Shown: positions 29,702 to 41,509, counted from the first letter of the stretch. The stretch: DNA of 64,000 bases from an uncultured Alphaproteobacteria bacterium (GCA_963756175.1 CAVWMR010000004.1:174637-238636); one strand, 5' to 3'. Made by a program: numbers and translations. The notes: a model not told the origin generated them from the sequence alone.

Positions 29702-30139
29702 TCAGCCCGCCATCTGCCGCTTCAGCGCGTCAAACCCCGCCTGGAAGACGTTGTTCGCGATGCCGTCGACGAGATCGGCCGCTACCTCGACCGCACAGTC
29801 GAATTCAGCCGTCCACTCGATGAATGTCCGATTGCCGTCGCTGATGGGAGTCAGCCGTAGCGTCGCCATGTAGTCGGTAAGCGGCATCGGCGATTCGAGG
29901 ATCGCGTACGTGCAAAACATGTCGTAGTCGGAAAGGCCGAGCAGCTTCTCGCGCAGGCGATCGCCGTTCTGCAGTCGGAAATCGCGCACGCAACCGATCT
30001 TGTCCGACGGCTCGCCGTTCTCGATCCGGCTTTCCCGGATGCGCGGATGCCAGCGCGGCAGCGCGTTGAAGTCGCGCACCTTCTCCCACACTTTCGCAGC
30101 CGGAGCATCGATGACGGATGACGTATAGATGCGGGGCAT
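29702..30139 (-). CDS. SRPBCC-family protein, paralog 2
   Basis: 145 aa. Its ATG directly follows the TAA stop of the flotillin gene (TAAATG) and is preceded by GGGAGG. Confidence 0.65.
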   Translation of the reverse strand: MPRIYTSSVIDAPAAKVWEKVRDFNALPRWHPRIRESRIENGEPSDKIGCVRDFRLQNGDRLREKLLGLSDYDMFCTYAILESPMPLTDYMATLRLTPISDGNRTFIEWTAEFDCAVEVAADLVDGIANNVFQAGFDALKRQMAG

Positions 30140-30141
30140 TT

Positions 30142-32923
30142 ACGCCTTGCCTCCCGTCTCGGGCTTCGATCCGCCTGACTTGCCACCATCGCCGCCGCCG
30201 GCCTTCTTCGGCATCGCTGGCGATGCGTTGCATGTCGGAGGCCTCGCGGATGAGGCCGCCCTGCTTGGCAAGATTGGCGCCATCGATGCCGATGTCAGCG
30301 AGCAGGCTGTCGATCAGCGGCGCCTGCACGCGATAACGCAGCGCCGAATTGATCACTTCGTCGGTCGGGCTGCCGGAGCGGCCTTCGCCGCCACCGCCAC
30401 CCATGCCGTCGAGCTGCATGATCCGGATGTCCTGGATCTTCTCCAGCGGCTTCACGGATGCAGCCACGATACCTTCGACATGCTCGAGCAGCTTGCGGCG
30501 GAACAGTGAGACGCGCGCCGGATCCGTGAGGACGTTTTCCGCCTCGTTGAGGAGCCGCTGAGCTTCCGCCTCGATGGTGAGGCGCACCTTCTCGGCGCCG
30601 GCCGCGATCGTGCGTTCGGCGGCCGTCTTCTCCGCCAGCAGGACGTCGATCGCCTTGCGCCGGTTCGCGACTTCGGTTTCGCGCGCCGTCGCGATCCGCT
30701 CCTCGGCCGCCACGGCATTGGCGCGCGCCGTATCAGCGTCGAGCCGCGCCGCCGATTCCTCGAGCGACTTGCGGTAGAGCGTGATCGCCTTGTCCATCTG
30801 GGCGGTCTCGACGACCTTCTCGCGCTCGACCTCGAGCCGGCGACGCTCAGCTTCGTGCGAGATGCGGACCTCGTCGAGGCCTCGCTCGGACGAGATGCGG
30901 GCGCGCTCGATATCCTCGCGGCTTTCGATCTCTGCTTCGCGCAGCGCCTGAACACGGGCGATTTCGAGTTGCTCGAGCGACTGGCGCCGCTCGACCTTGG
31001 CCGCCTCGACCGCGCGACTCGCGCTGAACTTCGGCCGTTTCGACAGAGGCCTGAGCAGTCAACTGGGCACGACGGACTTCAGCTTCCGCCGCGGCGCGCG
31101 CGGCCTTCGTCGAGGCAAGTTCGACGACACGCGTTTCCTCGGCTGCCTCTACCTCGCGCTTGCGCTGGATATCGATCACTTCGCGGGTCTGCTGGCTCGC
31201 AATGCGCTCCTGTTCCAGCGTCAGATCGGCGGCAATGCGCGCCCGCTCGACGCTCTCGCGCCGCGCAATCTCGGCGGCCTCGATCGCCTTGTCGCGCGCG
31301 ATCTCTTCGGACGCGCGTCGCGAGTTCCGCTTCGATGCGATCCGTCGCAACGCCCTTCTCGCGCGCGATACGGGCCGCATCAATCGCGCGTCCAGCCGCG
31401 ATCTCGGCCGCCTCGACCGCCTGCTGGCGCTCGATCTCCATGTTGCGGATGCGGAGGTCTTCGCCGATGCGCGACTCGGAGATTTTTGCCGCCTGCGCGA
31501 TCCGCTGTCGTTCGGTCGATTCGCGCGCGGCGATCTCGGCCTCTTCGAGACCCTGCTGGCGCGCGATCTCGCGCCGGCGGATATCCTCTTCGCCGCGGAT
31601 GCGGGTCTGCGTCAGGATCAGTGTCTGCGCCATACGCGCCTTTTCGGTCTCCTCACGGGCGGCGATCTCGGCCTGCTCGATGGTGCGCTGACGATCGATC
31701 TCCATGCGCCTGCGTTTCGCGATCCCTCTGGATTCGCGTCTCGGTGAGGGACTTCTCCTGCATGATGCGCGCGCGCTCGATCGATTCGCGCGCTGCGATC
31801 TCCGCAGCTTCGAGTGTGCGCGTGCGCTCGATCTCACGCGCGGTGGTCTCCTGCTCATTGAGGATGCGGGCTTCCTTGAGCGCACGCTCCTGGAGAATGC
31901 GTGCGGTCTCGACCTGCTCGCGGGCGGCGATTTCCTCGGATTCGACCGTCTGCGTTCGAGCGATCTCGCGCCGGCGGATCTCGACTTCCGACGCGATCCG
32001 CGCTTCGGCAATGCCGCGCTCGTTGGCGATACGCGCACGCTCGATGGCCTCGCGCGCCGAGATCTGCGCCGATTCAGCCTGCGTTTCGCGCTCGGCACGC
32101 TCCTTGGCCAGCAGCGCGCGTTGCTGAGCGCGACGGAACTCGACGTCGCGTTCCTGTTCGAGGCGCGCCTCTTCGCTCGCGCGATCGATTTCCAGCGCCT
32201 GCTTCTCGGCTTCGAGGTTGCGGGCGCGGATCTGGATCGTTGCGTCCTGCTCGATGTCGTTGCGCAGCTTACGCCGGGATTCGATGTCCTTGATGAGGAC
32301 GGTGAGACCCTCGGCATCGAATCGGTTCGACGGATTGAAGAACTCGAGGCTCGTCTGGTCGATGTCGAGGATGGCGACGGACTTCGAGTTCGAGTCCGTT
32401 GCGCGACAGGTCGACTTCCACCGCCTGGCGTACGCGCTCGACGTAGATGGTGCGGTTCTCGTGCATCCCGCTCATGTCCATCGCGGCAGCGGCAGCCCGC
32501 ATCGCGCTTTCGAACTTGCCGGCGAGCAGCGCGTGCAGGCTCTCGGGCTCGAGCGTGCGGCGTCCAAGCGTCGAGGCCGCCATCGCGACTGCGCGCGCGC
32601 TCGGGCTGGACGCGCACGTAGAATTCGGCTTCGACGTCGACGCGCATCCGGTCCTTGGTGATCAGCGCCTCGCTGGTGACGCGCGACACCTTGAGCGGCA
32701 AGGTGTTCATGTTGACCGGCGTGATCTCATGGATCATCGGCCAGACGAACGCGCCGCCGTCGATGACGACTTTTTCGCCGAGGAACCCAGTCCTGACGAA
32801 CGCGATCTCCTTGGTCGAGCGGCGGTAGAGCCGCTGCAGAATCCAGAAGATGATGGCGATCACCACCACCGCTATGATGAGCCAGAGGATCAGCTGGCCG
32901 ATCACTTCTCCGGAAATGGACAT
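30142..32923 (-). pseudogene. Giant flotillin/SPFH (band-7, YqiK-like) protein of about 925 aa with tandem E/A/R/I-rich coiled-coil repeats; at least 5 frameshifts
   Basis: The N-terminal SPFH domain begins MSISGEVIGQLILWLIIAVVVIAIIFW...IAFVRTGFLGEKVVIDGGAFVWPMIHEI... An internal repeat of about 44 aa recurs (MEIDRQRTIEQAEIAAREETEKARMAQ..., EIARQQGLEEAEIAARESTERQRIAQ..., MEIERQQAVEAAEIAAGRAIDAARIA...). The C-terminus reads ...GGGDGGKSGGSKPETGGKA*. The frame changes near nt 32585, 32300 and 31380, between 30800 and 30960, and at 30200. Confidence 0.6.
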
Positions 32924-32955
32924 GTCCGTTCCTCCTTAGCGTACTCACTCGGCGG

Positions 32956-33799
32956 CTACTGGCCGCCTCGGCCCTGGCGTGCGATGCGCTTGAACATGCG
33001 CGTTTGTTCGGTCAGGGCGATTTCGGTCGGCAGGCGCTCCATCGACGACGCGCCGTAGAAGCCATGGCAATTGGATGTGTTGTTCAGGATGAATTCGGCG
33101 TCCGCGGGCATGGCGACCGGGCCGCCATGGACCAGCACGATCACCTCGGGGTTGACCTTGAGCGCCGCTTCCGCCCAGGCCTCGACGAGCGCCGGGCAAT
33201 CCGCAAGCTTGAGCGACGTCTCGGCTCCGATGCTGCCGCCCGTCGTGAGGCCCAGATGACAGACGATGATGTCGGCGCCCGCTTTCGCCATCGCCGTGGC
33301 ATCGTCCGCGTTGAAGACGTAGGGCGTGGTCAGCATGTCCTTGGCGCGCGCGGTCGCGATCATGTCGACTTCGAGCCCGTAGGACATGCCGGTCTCTTCC
33401 AGATTGGCGCGGAAGATGCCGTCGATGAGACCGACGGTCGGGAAATTCTGGACGCCGGAAAAGCCGATGCGCTTCAGGTCATCGAGGAACACGGACATGT
33501 TGCGGAACGGATCGGTGCCGTTGACGCCGGCGAGCACTGGCGTGTGGCGGACGACGGGCAGCACTTCAGCCGCCATCTCGACGACGATCTGGTTGGCGTC
33601 GCCGTACGGCATCAAGCCCCGCGAGCGAGCCGCGCCCGGCCATGCGGTAGCGGCCGGAGTTGTAGATCACGATGAGATCGATGCCGCCGGCTTCCTCGCA
33701 TTTGGCCGATAGCCCCGTGCCGGCGCCACCGCCGATGATCGGCACGCCCGCCGCCATCATGGCGCGGAATTTTTCCAGGATCTTCTGACGCGGTATCAT
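32956..33799 (-). pseudogene. PEP-hydrolase-like / TIM-barrel partner protein (Tm-1 C-terminal-domain-like), frameshift near nt 33600
   Basis: [62 protein letters not shown], then continues in another frame as [21 protein letters not shown]... Confidence 0.55.
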
Positions 33800-35028
33800 C
33801 GGGCCCTTTCTCCGCGGGATCGCGCGCGGCCGTCGCCGTGCAGGTTGCGGAATGCCGCGACAAGGGCCGCTGCGAACTCCGGTGAATTGATGTGGTGAGG
33901 CAAGCTGATCAACTGGCGCGACGCGGTCTGGCGCACGGTTGCGACAAGCGAAGCGAAAAGGGCCGAGCGCGCCGCGAGATCATGGAAAGGCTTGTCCCGG
34001 CGCATCGAGCGCCGAAACGCCGCCCTCGGGCAGGAAGAAGCGCACCTGGCCTTCCATCCGGTTGAGCCGCTCGCCGATCCAACGGCCCATCCGGGTGCAT
34101 TCCTCCGGCGTCGTGCGCATCAGCGTGATCTGAGGATTGTGCCGATAGAGCAGCCGCCCGGCGTAGCGCTCGGGCACCGTCTCCGGCGCAGCGAAGTTGA
34201 CCATGTCGAGCGCGCCGACCGAGCCGATGTACGGCATGCGCGTGCGAATGATCGCGCCGAAACGATCCTCGGTCGCGGGAAACACGCCACCCATCAGGAG
34301 ATCGCAGACCTCGGTCGTGCTGATGTCGATGACGCCGACGAGCTTGCCGGCATCGACGAGCGCTTCCATCGCCTGTCCGCCGATCCCGGTCGCGTGGAAC
34401 ACGAGGCAGTCATGGGTCGAGCCGAGCTGCTTGGCGACCTGCTGCACGCAGGGCGTCGTGACGCCGAACATGGTGAGGCCGATTGCCGGCTTCGACGCGC
34501 GGTCGCGGCTTGGCGGTCTGGCGCGCGGCGACCATGCCGATCATGGCCTGCGCGGCGTTGCCGAGCACCTCCTCGGTAATCGCGTTGAGGCCCTGCACGT
34601 CGGCGACCGACGGCAGCAGCATGATGTCGGAGGGCGCCGACATATTTGCTGACCTCGCCGGATGCGACGGTCGAGACGATGAGCTTGGGGATGCCGACGG
34701 GAAGCGTTCGCATCGCCGGCGCCACCATCGCCGTGCCGCCCGATCCGCCCGCCGAAAGCATGCCGGCAATGCCGCTCTGGCGCGGCATCCAGCGGCGGAA
34801 CGCCTCCGTCATGCCGGCAACCGACTGGCCGCGGTCGCCGGTGAAGACGCCGGCGGCGCCGCGCGGATGGAACGCCGCGATCTGATGGGCGGGAATTTCC
34901 GCGCCGGAATGGCCGCCGGACGTGGAGAGATCGACCATCCGCACCGGCAGACCCGCCGCCCGGATCAGGTCGCGCATGTAGCGCAGCTCATCGCCCTTGG
35001 TGTCGAGTGTTCCGGCGACGAGCACCAC
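33796..35028 (-). pseudogene. UPF0261-family (Tm-1-like ATP-binding) protein with at least 3 frameshifts (about nt 34640, 34480 and 33985)
   Basis: MVLVAGTLDTKGDELRYMRDLIRAAGLPV... The middle and C-terminal parts (...[16 protein letters not shown]..., ...[23 protein letters not shown]) are in other frames. Confidence 0.55.
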
Positions 35029-35118
35029 CGGCCGTCCTGCGCCGGCGAGCGGCCGGATCTCGACGCTGCGTTGCTGCGCCAGCGACCGGCCGTGTCGTCA
35101 CGACGCGGGCGAGCATGC

Positions 35119-35999
35119 TCAAGGCGCGCGACTGGAACCGGCTGCGACCACCGCGTCGGTATCACCGGATTCGAGTTGTAGATCTTGACGGGGGCCGGTC
35201 CGGCACTCGCGCCAGCAGCGGGCGCCGCTGTCGACGCGATGGCCGCTGCTCCCGACATCCTCGTGGCCGTGTCGGCCGACACCCAGCAGGCGTTGCTGCA
35301 GTTCGCGGTCGCCCGACAGCTCGATCGACGGCAGGATGCGGTTGATGCGGCCGTTGACCATGATCGCGACGTTGTCGGCGACGGCGCACGCGACGCCGAT
35401 GTTCTGCTCGATGACGAGGACGTCCATGTCGCCCTCCTCGCCCAGTCTGCTGCAGCATCTCCTCGACCTGCGCGACGATCACCGGTGCCAGTCCCTCGGT
35501 CGGCTCGTCCATCACCAGCAGTCGCGGGTTCGCCAGCAGCGCCCGCGAGATCGCCAGCATCTGCTGTTCGCCGCCGGAGAGCTGCGCGCCACCATTGGAC
35601 TTGCGCTCGGCGAGGCGCGGGAACGTCGCGTAGACGCGATCGATCGTCCACGGGCCCTTGCGCCGCCCATCGACGAGCCGCAGATGCTCGTCGACCGTCA
35701 GCGAGCGCCACAGCCGTCGGCCCTGCGGCACATACCCGACGCCGAGCTGGGCGATGTCGGCCGGCGCGAGGCCGACGAGATTCTGGCCGGCGAAACTGAT
35801 CGAGCCGGACGCGACCGGCACCAGGCCCATGATGGCCTTGCACAGCGTCGTCTTGCCCATGCCGTTGCGGCCGACGACGGAAAGCACGCCACCTTTGAGG
35901 CTCAGGTCGACGCCCTGCAGCGCATGCGAGGCGCCGTAGTAGACATTGAGCGCCGCGGATCTCGAGGGCCGGCGCGCGGCTGCGTTCAGCCATGACCAC
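35119..35999 (-). pseudogene. Branched-chain-amino-acid-type ABC transporter ATP-binding protein (LivF-like), frameshifted
   Basis: Walker A VVGRNGMGKTTL, signature LSGGEQQML and Walker B LLVMDEP in one frame. The N-terminus and C-terminus are in other frames. Confidence 0.6.
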
Positions 36000-36808
36000 C
36001 TCCGAGATAGAGTTCCTGCACTTCCGCGTCGTTCTCGATCTCCTCGGGCGTGCCCTCCTTGAAGACGCGGCCGTTGTGCATCATCGTCACGCTCTCGGCG
36101 ACGCGCAGCGCGACATCCATGTCGTGCTCGATGATGATGTAGCCGATGTGGTCCGGCAGCCCCGACAGGATCGCCACCAGGTCGGCGCGCTCGGTCGGCG
36201 ACAGGCCGGCGGCCGGCTCGTCGAACAGGATGAAGCGCGGCGCGCCGGCCAGCGCGAGCGCGATCTCGAGCTGGCGCTGCTGGCCGTAGGACAGCGATCG
36301 ACGACCGGCGTGTCGCGCACGTCGCGTCAGATGCACGGCCTCGATCAGTTCGCCGGCGCGGGCAACGATCGCGATCGCTCGGGCGCGGCCGCAGCAGCGA
36401 GAAGCGTCCGCGCGAGACGCCGAGGCACGCAAGGTAGACGTTGTCGGTCACCGACATGCCGCCGAACAGCAGCGAGATCTGGTAGGTGCGGCGCAGGCCG
36501 CGCCGAATGCGCTCGTGAGCGGGAAAGTTGGTGAGGTCCTCGCCGAACAGCCGGATCGTGCCGGATGTCGGCAGGAAATCGCCGGTCACGCAGTTGAACA
36601 GCGTCGTCTTGCCGGCGCCGTTGGAGCCGAGCACCGCGCGCCGCTCGCCCGGCCGCACCGAGATCGTCACGTCGGAGATCGCCGCCAGCGCGCCGAACAG
36701 CTTCGTGACGCCGCGCAGCTCGAGCGCGTTGCCGGTGCTGACCGAGCCAAGCCGTTCGGCGGCGGTGCGATCCGCGTTCGCCGCGTTATTGGTGCGCGCC
36801 TCCGCCAT
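35996..36808 (-). pseudogene. ABC transporter ATP-binding protein (LivG-like), frameshift near nt 36400
   Basis: MAEARTNN...LELRGVTKLFGALAAISDVTISVRPGERRAVLGSNGAGKTT... The C-terminal half (...LSYGQQRQLEIALALAG...FDEPAAGL...) is in another frame. Confidence 0.6.
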
Positions 36809-37864
36809 GGTCAGCGCCCCCCACCGAGCAGGGGATCGCGGTTCTGCGTCGCGACGCGCTTTGTACTTTTCCCAGAGGCCGAGCACGCCATCCGGCGAGA
36901 AGAACACGACTGCGAGGAAGCCGAGTCCGATGAGCAAGCTTGAAGCGCTCTCCGGACATGCCGAACGCGTGCAGAATATCGGACGAGAATACGCTGAGGA
37001 TCGCATAGATGATCGCGCCGATGAACGGGCCGATCGGGCGCTCGAGGCCGCCGACGACGGCGATCACCAGAATGTCGATGACTTGCGGAATGCCGGCGGT
37101 GCCCGGCACGACCTGGGCATTCTGCCAGACGAGCAGGATGCCGCCGACGGCGGCGATCACGCTCGCGAACGCAGTAGGCCGCGATGCGATGGGCAGTGAC
37201 GGAGAAGCCGAGGGCGCTCATGCGCCGCGGGATTGTCGCGCACGCCCTGCAGCGCGAGTCCGAATGGCGTGCGCGCCATCCACACGACCGCCCCATAGGA
37301 CAGCGCCGCACAGCCGAGCGTCAGATAGTAGAACGGTACCGACTGGCGCCAGTCGATGCCGAACAGGCGCGGCGGGATGACGTTGTTGAAGCCGGTGTAG
37401 CCGTTGAAGATCCCGTAGTTCTGGCGGGTGAAGTAGAAGAACGCCGCCGCGATCGCGAGCGTGATCATGATCGTGTAGATGCCCTCGGTGCGAACCGCGA
37501 GGGTGCCGACCAGCGTGCCGAACAGGGTCGCGATCAGGATCGCGATCGGGATGTGCAGCCACCACGGCCAGCCGAGGCTGATGTGCGTCACGCCGCTGGT
37601 GCCGAGGATCGCGACGACATAGCCGGCGAGCGCGCCGACCGTCATCTGGATCAGGCTCACCATGCCGCCATAGCCGGCCAGGACCATCAGCGACAGCGCG
37701 ATCATGCCGAGGATGAAGCTCCAGCCGAAGATCTGGAACAGCACGAAATTGCTGGCGAATGCCGGCATCACCAGCAGGACCAGGCCGATCACCCAGACCG
37801 GCGGCGGTATGCGCTCCAGCAGGATCAGCTTTCCCGGTGCGGTGGTGGGCATGACATCGGCCAT
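36805..37864 (-). pseudogene. ABC transporter permease (LivM-like) with 2-3 frameshifts
   Basis: MADVMPTTAPGKLILLERIPPPVWVIGLVLLVM... with at least 8 TM segments. The RDNPRRMSALGF motif and the C-terminus are in other frames. Confidence 0.6.
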
Positions 37865-37865
37865 G

Positions 37866-38890
37866 TCAGCGCTGCGCCCCCAGCAGGCCCTGCGGCCGGA
37901 AGGCCAAGACGACCACCATGATCAGGAAGGTGAAGACGACCGAATAGGTCGGCGTGTAGACAAGGCCGATCTGCTCGGCGAGGCCGATGATGACGGCGCC
38001 GAGCGCCGCGCCCGGGATCGAGCCCATCCCGCCGACGATGACGACCACGAGCGAGGCCAGCAGGAAGCGCGTGTCCTCGCCCGGCGACAGCGACTGGAAC
38101 GTGCCGCCGATGATGCCGGCCATGCCGGCCATGCCCGCGCCGAAGGCGAACACCGCCAGGAACACGAACTGGATGCGCACGCCCGTCGCCGCGAGGATGT
38201 CGCGATCGTCGACGCCGGCGCGGATCAGCATGCCGAGCCGCGTGCGGTTGAGCACGAGCCACATCGCGACGCCGATCACGATCGCGGCGACCAGGATCGC
38301 GATCCGCACCAGCGGATAGGTCAGGTACACCGCTTCGCCGTTCGAGCGAAGGGAACTGATGAGCGGCAGCGTCATCGGGCCACTCAGCCAGCTTCGGCGA
38401 GAGCACCTGATAGCTCTCGCCGCCCCAGAACCACAGCATCAGGTCGGCCAGCACGATCGAGATGCCGATCGTGACCAGCGTCTGGCGCAGTTCCTCTCCC
38501 TCCATGCGGCGGAACACCTGATGCTGCAGCAGCAGGCCGAGCGCGCCGACGACGATGAAGACGACGGGAAACGCGAGGAGCCAGTAGCCGGTGACCTCGA
38601 CGACGCCATAGCCGATGTAGCCGCCGAGCAAGATAGAGCGAGCCGTGCGCGAGGTTGACGTTGCGCATCAGGCCGAAGATCAGCGTGAAGCCGGACGCGA
38701 CAAGGAAATAGAGCGCACCGAGCGTGATGCCGGACAGGATCGCGTTCAGAAAGACCCGCTTGCGGCCCATGGCTTGCTCGAGGCCGGGCGGCCACGGCGC
38801 AAGGATCAGCCAAGCGAGACCGACGACCAGCACAACGACAATGAGCGTCCAGATCGGATGGCGCGTACTCAGGTTCTGCAAAGTGCCCAT
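37866..38890 (-). pseudogene. ABC transporter permease (LivH-like) with 2 frameshifts (about nt 38640 and 38375)
   Basis: MGTLQNLSTRHPIWTLIVVVLVVGLAWL...NLAHGSLYL | LGGYIGYGVVEVTGYWLLAFPVV... | ...MTLPLISSLRSNGEAVYLTYPLVRIAIL... Confidence 0.6.
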
Positions 38891-39188
38891 GCTGCCACCA
38901 GTGGAAATATGCCGTGAGGCGTCATTGCTCGAACGCGCGCTGCGCCGTCATGCCGTCTGCACCGAAAGCGGTTAGGCGCGCTCGCGCACATCCCGCGGAT
39001 CGAGGCAAACCGGCACGCATCCGAGGTGGAAACAGCGTCAGCGCCAGCGGGCGTAACCCCGCATCGCGAACGCACCACGGAATGCGACATGCGTTCCGAC
39101 AGACTAGCGACATTCGGTCGAATTCGTCATATCCGACAGTCTAATGCTTTCATCGACTGGGACGTGTGCGAACCCAACTTATGGTTCA

Positions 39189-40009
39189 TTACGAGTAGGC
39201 GATCTGTGCGCTGCGTCGGTAGGCACTGGGCGGGACGACGCCGTTAGCGATGAAGAAGCGCGAGAAGCTTGCCTGACTGGAAAAGCCCAGATCGAGCCCG
39301 ATCGATGCCACGGCCTCGGTGGTGGCGGTCAGCCGTTCAATCGCCCGCTCCATCCGCAGCGAATTCAGGTAAATGTTCGGCGTCACACCGACCTGCTGGC
39401 GAAAGAGCTTGTAGAAGTGGGGACGCGACAGCCCCGCTTCGCGGGCGATCCTATCGAGGTCGACCGGTTCGCACACACGCTGCTCGAGAAGCTGGACGGC
39501 CTTGCGCAGCCGGAAATCATGCACGCTCGCAAAGCGCTCGCCGGGAGCGCTGCCGCGCCAGGATTGGTCGAAGCAGTAATTCGGTCAGGCTCAGCAGCCA
39601 GTCATTGATCGCAGGAGTCATCCTGGTCGCGATCGAGTACCGCGCCCACATCGATGAGCCGCGCAAGTGCGTCCGATACCGGAATGGACGCGCGGCCGAA
39701 CCGCAGCGCGAACATGCGACTGCCGATCGCCCGCCAGAACCAGGTCGGCCGGATGTAAAGGACCAGCAACAGCGTCTGACTGCCTGGGACGGGTTGGCTG
39801 TAGTAGTGGGTCTGCCACGGGTTGACGGCGACCGCTTGGCCTGGACCTAGCGGAATGGCACATCCATCGACAAAGACTTCGCCAGGGCTGCCATGGACGT
39901 GGAACAGCAGGTGTCCTTCGCGATGTGCGTGCGACACCATCGTGCGGTCCATGGAGTAGAGGCAGACGCGCCCGAACGCGCCATGGAGCACGGCAACAGC
40001 TTCACTCAT
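39189..40009 (-). pseudogene. AraC-family transcriptional regulator, frameshift near nt 39570-39600
   Basis: N-terminal cupin-like sensor (MSEAVAVLHGAFGRVCLYSMDRTMVSHAHREGHLLFHVHG...). The C-terminal HTH (...DLDRIAREAGLSRPHFYKLFRQQVGVTPNIYLNSLRMERAIERL) is in another frame. Confidence 0.6.
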
Positions 40010-40252
40010 CGTCCTCCCATCGGCATTCTTTTGGTGTTGTTTGGCTGCGACTATATTGGATTGTACCTGCGTGGCAAGTGGTCGCAGTCGCGGCGCGCGA
40101 AATGTGCTTAATGCACAGCTTCTGACAGGTCGGCCAGCATCTCGACCCATAATGAAAAGGCCCCGGGACAGAACCAGTCGGTTCCATCCCGAGGCGCAGT
40201 TCGAGGGAGGCCGCAAAGGGTCTCCGCCGTCGTCGCGAGAGGCGATCGACAG

Positions 40253-41509
40253 CTACTTGCCGCCGAGCGCCTTGCAGTCCGGCGTCGTGCGCGAGGGCAG
40301 CCCCATCGCACGGAACGCATCCGCCGTCATGCCGAGCGTCTGGGTCACGTTGTCGACACGGCCGACCATCTTGTTGGTCAGCGTTCCATCGCCCTTGTCG
40401 CTCACTTCGGTGATGAACACCGAACCGGACGCCTGACGGTTCTCGTTCAGCGTGACGACACCCAACGGCGTCTGCAGCTTCAGCTTCGACAACGCAGCGT
40501 GGAACTTCTTCTGTCCGTCGCTGAGGTCGCCCTTGACCTCGTTCAAAGCGGAGATCATGGCCAGCGTCGCTACGTGATAGCCAACGCCAAACAGTGACGG
40601 AATGGGGAACCGCTTATCGGCCGGGAAGGCGTCCTGATATTCCTTGACGTAGCTCTGCCATTCCGGCGCCGGGTTGTCGGCAGCGAACGGGCCCGATGTC
40701 GGGGTGCCGATGAGGGCATCCTTGGCTTTGCCCTTGGAACTCAGCACGGTCGAGTCGGCCATGATGGTGCCGCCGATCAGGTTGGCCTTGCCGCCGGCCT
40801 GCTGGTATTGGTTGAGGAAGTTGATCGAATCCGTGCCGCCCATGCCGAGATAGATCGCATCGACATTGTCCGGCAACTTGGCGATCACGCCGGCAAAATC
40901 GGACGATCCAAGCGGCACCCAGAGGCGCTCCGCGATTTCACCGCCCGCCTTGCAGAAGTCGACGGCGAAGCCGAGGAAGTTGGTGTAGCCGAACGAATAG
41001 TCCGCCGACACGGTCGCGACGCGCTTCCAGCCCTTCTTGTTGACGACGTAGGCACCGAGGCCCGAGCCCCACTGCGAGCCGTCCAGGTTGAAGCGGAAGA
41101 AGTTCGGCGACGGGTCGACCCAGGTCGTCTCCAGCGCGCCGGAAATGCCGTTGATCACGGTCTTGTCCGGCACCGTCTTGGAGTAGTCGCGCATGGCGAT
41201 ACCCTCCGAGCCGGAAAGCGGCCCGAGGATGATATCGACCTTGTCCTGCTCGATGAGCTTGCGCGCCTGCCGCGTCGTTGTTGCCGGCGTCGTGTCGGTT
41301 GCCGCGACGACGGTTTCGATCTTCTTGCCGCCGGCCATGTAGCCGACCTTCTTGAGCGCCAGTTCGACGTTGCGAACGCCGTCCGCGCCGCCGGCCGCGA
41401 AGGTTCCCTCGAGGGCAACCAGGATGCCGACCTTGATCGTGTCTTGCGCCACTGCCGCGCCGGGCAGCATCAATGCCAGGGCAGCAGTCGCCCCGATAAA
41501 TCGTTTCAT
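40253..41509 (-). CDS. ABC transporter periplasmic substrate-binding protein (LivK / Leu-Ile-Val-binding family), intact
   Basis: Signal peptide MKRFIGATAALALMLPGAAVAQD; about 420 aa type I PBP; RBS GGGAGGAT. Confidence 0.8.
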   Translation of the reverse strand: MKRFIGATAALALMLPGAAVAQDTIKVGILVALEGTFAAGGADGVRNVELALKKVGYMAGGKKIETVVAATDTTPATTTRQARKLIEQDKVDIILGPLSGSEGIAMRDYSKTVPDKTVINGISGALETTWVDPSPNFFRFNLDGSQWGSGLGAYVVNKKGWKRVATVSADYSFGYTNFLGFAVDFCKAGGEIAERLWVPLGSSDFAGVIAKLPDNVDAIYLGMGGTDSINFLNQYQQAGGKANLIGGTIMADSTVLSSKGKAKDALIGTPTSGPFAADNPAPEWQSYVKEYQDAFPADKRFPIPSLFGVGYHVATLAMISALNEVKGDLSDGQKKFHAALSKLKLQTPLGVVTLNENRQASGSVFITEVSDKGDGTLTNKMVGRVDNVTQTLGMTADAFRAMGLPSRTTPDCKALGGK

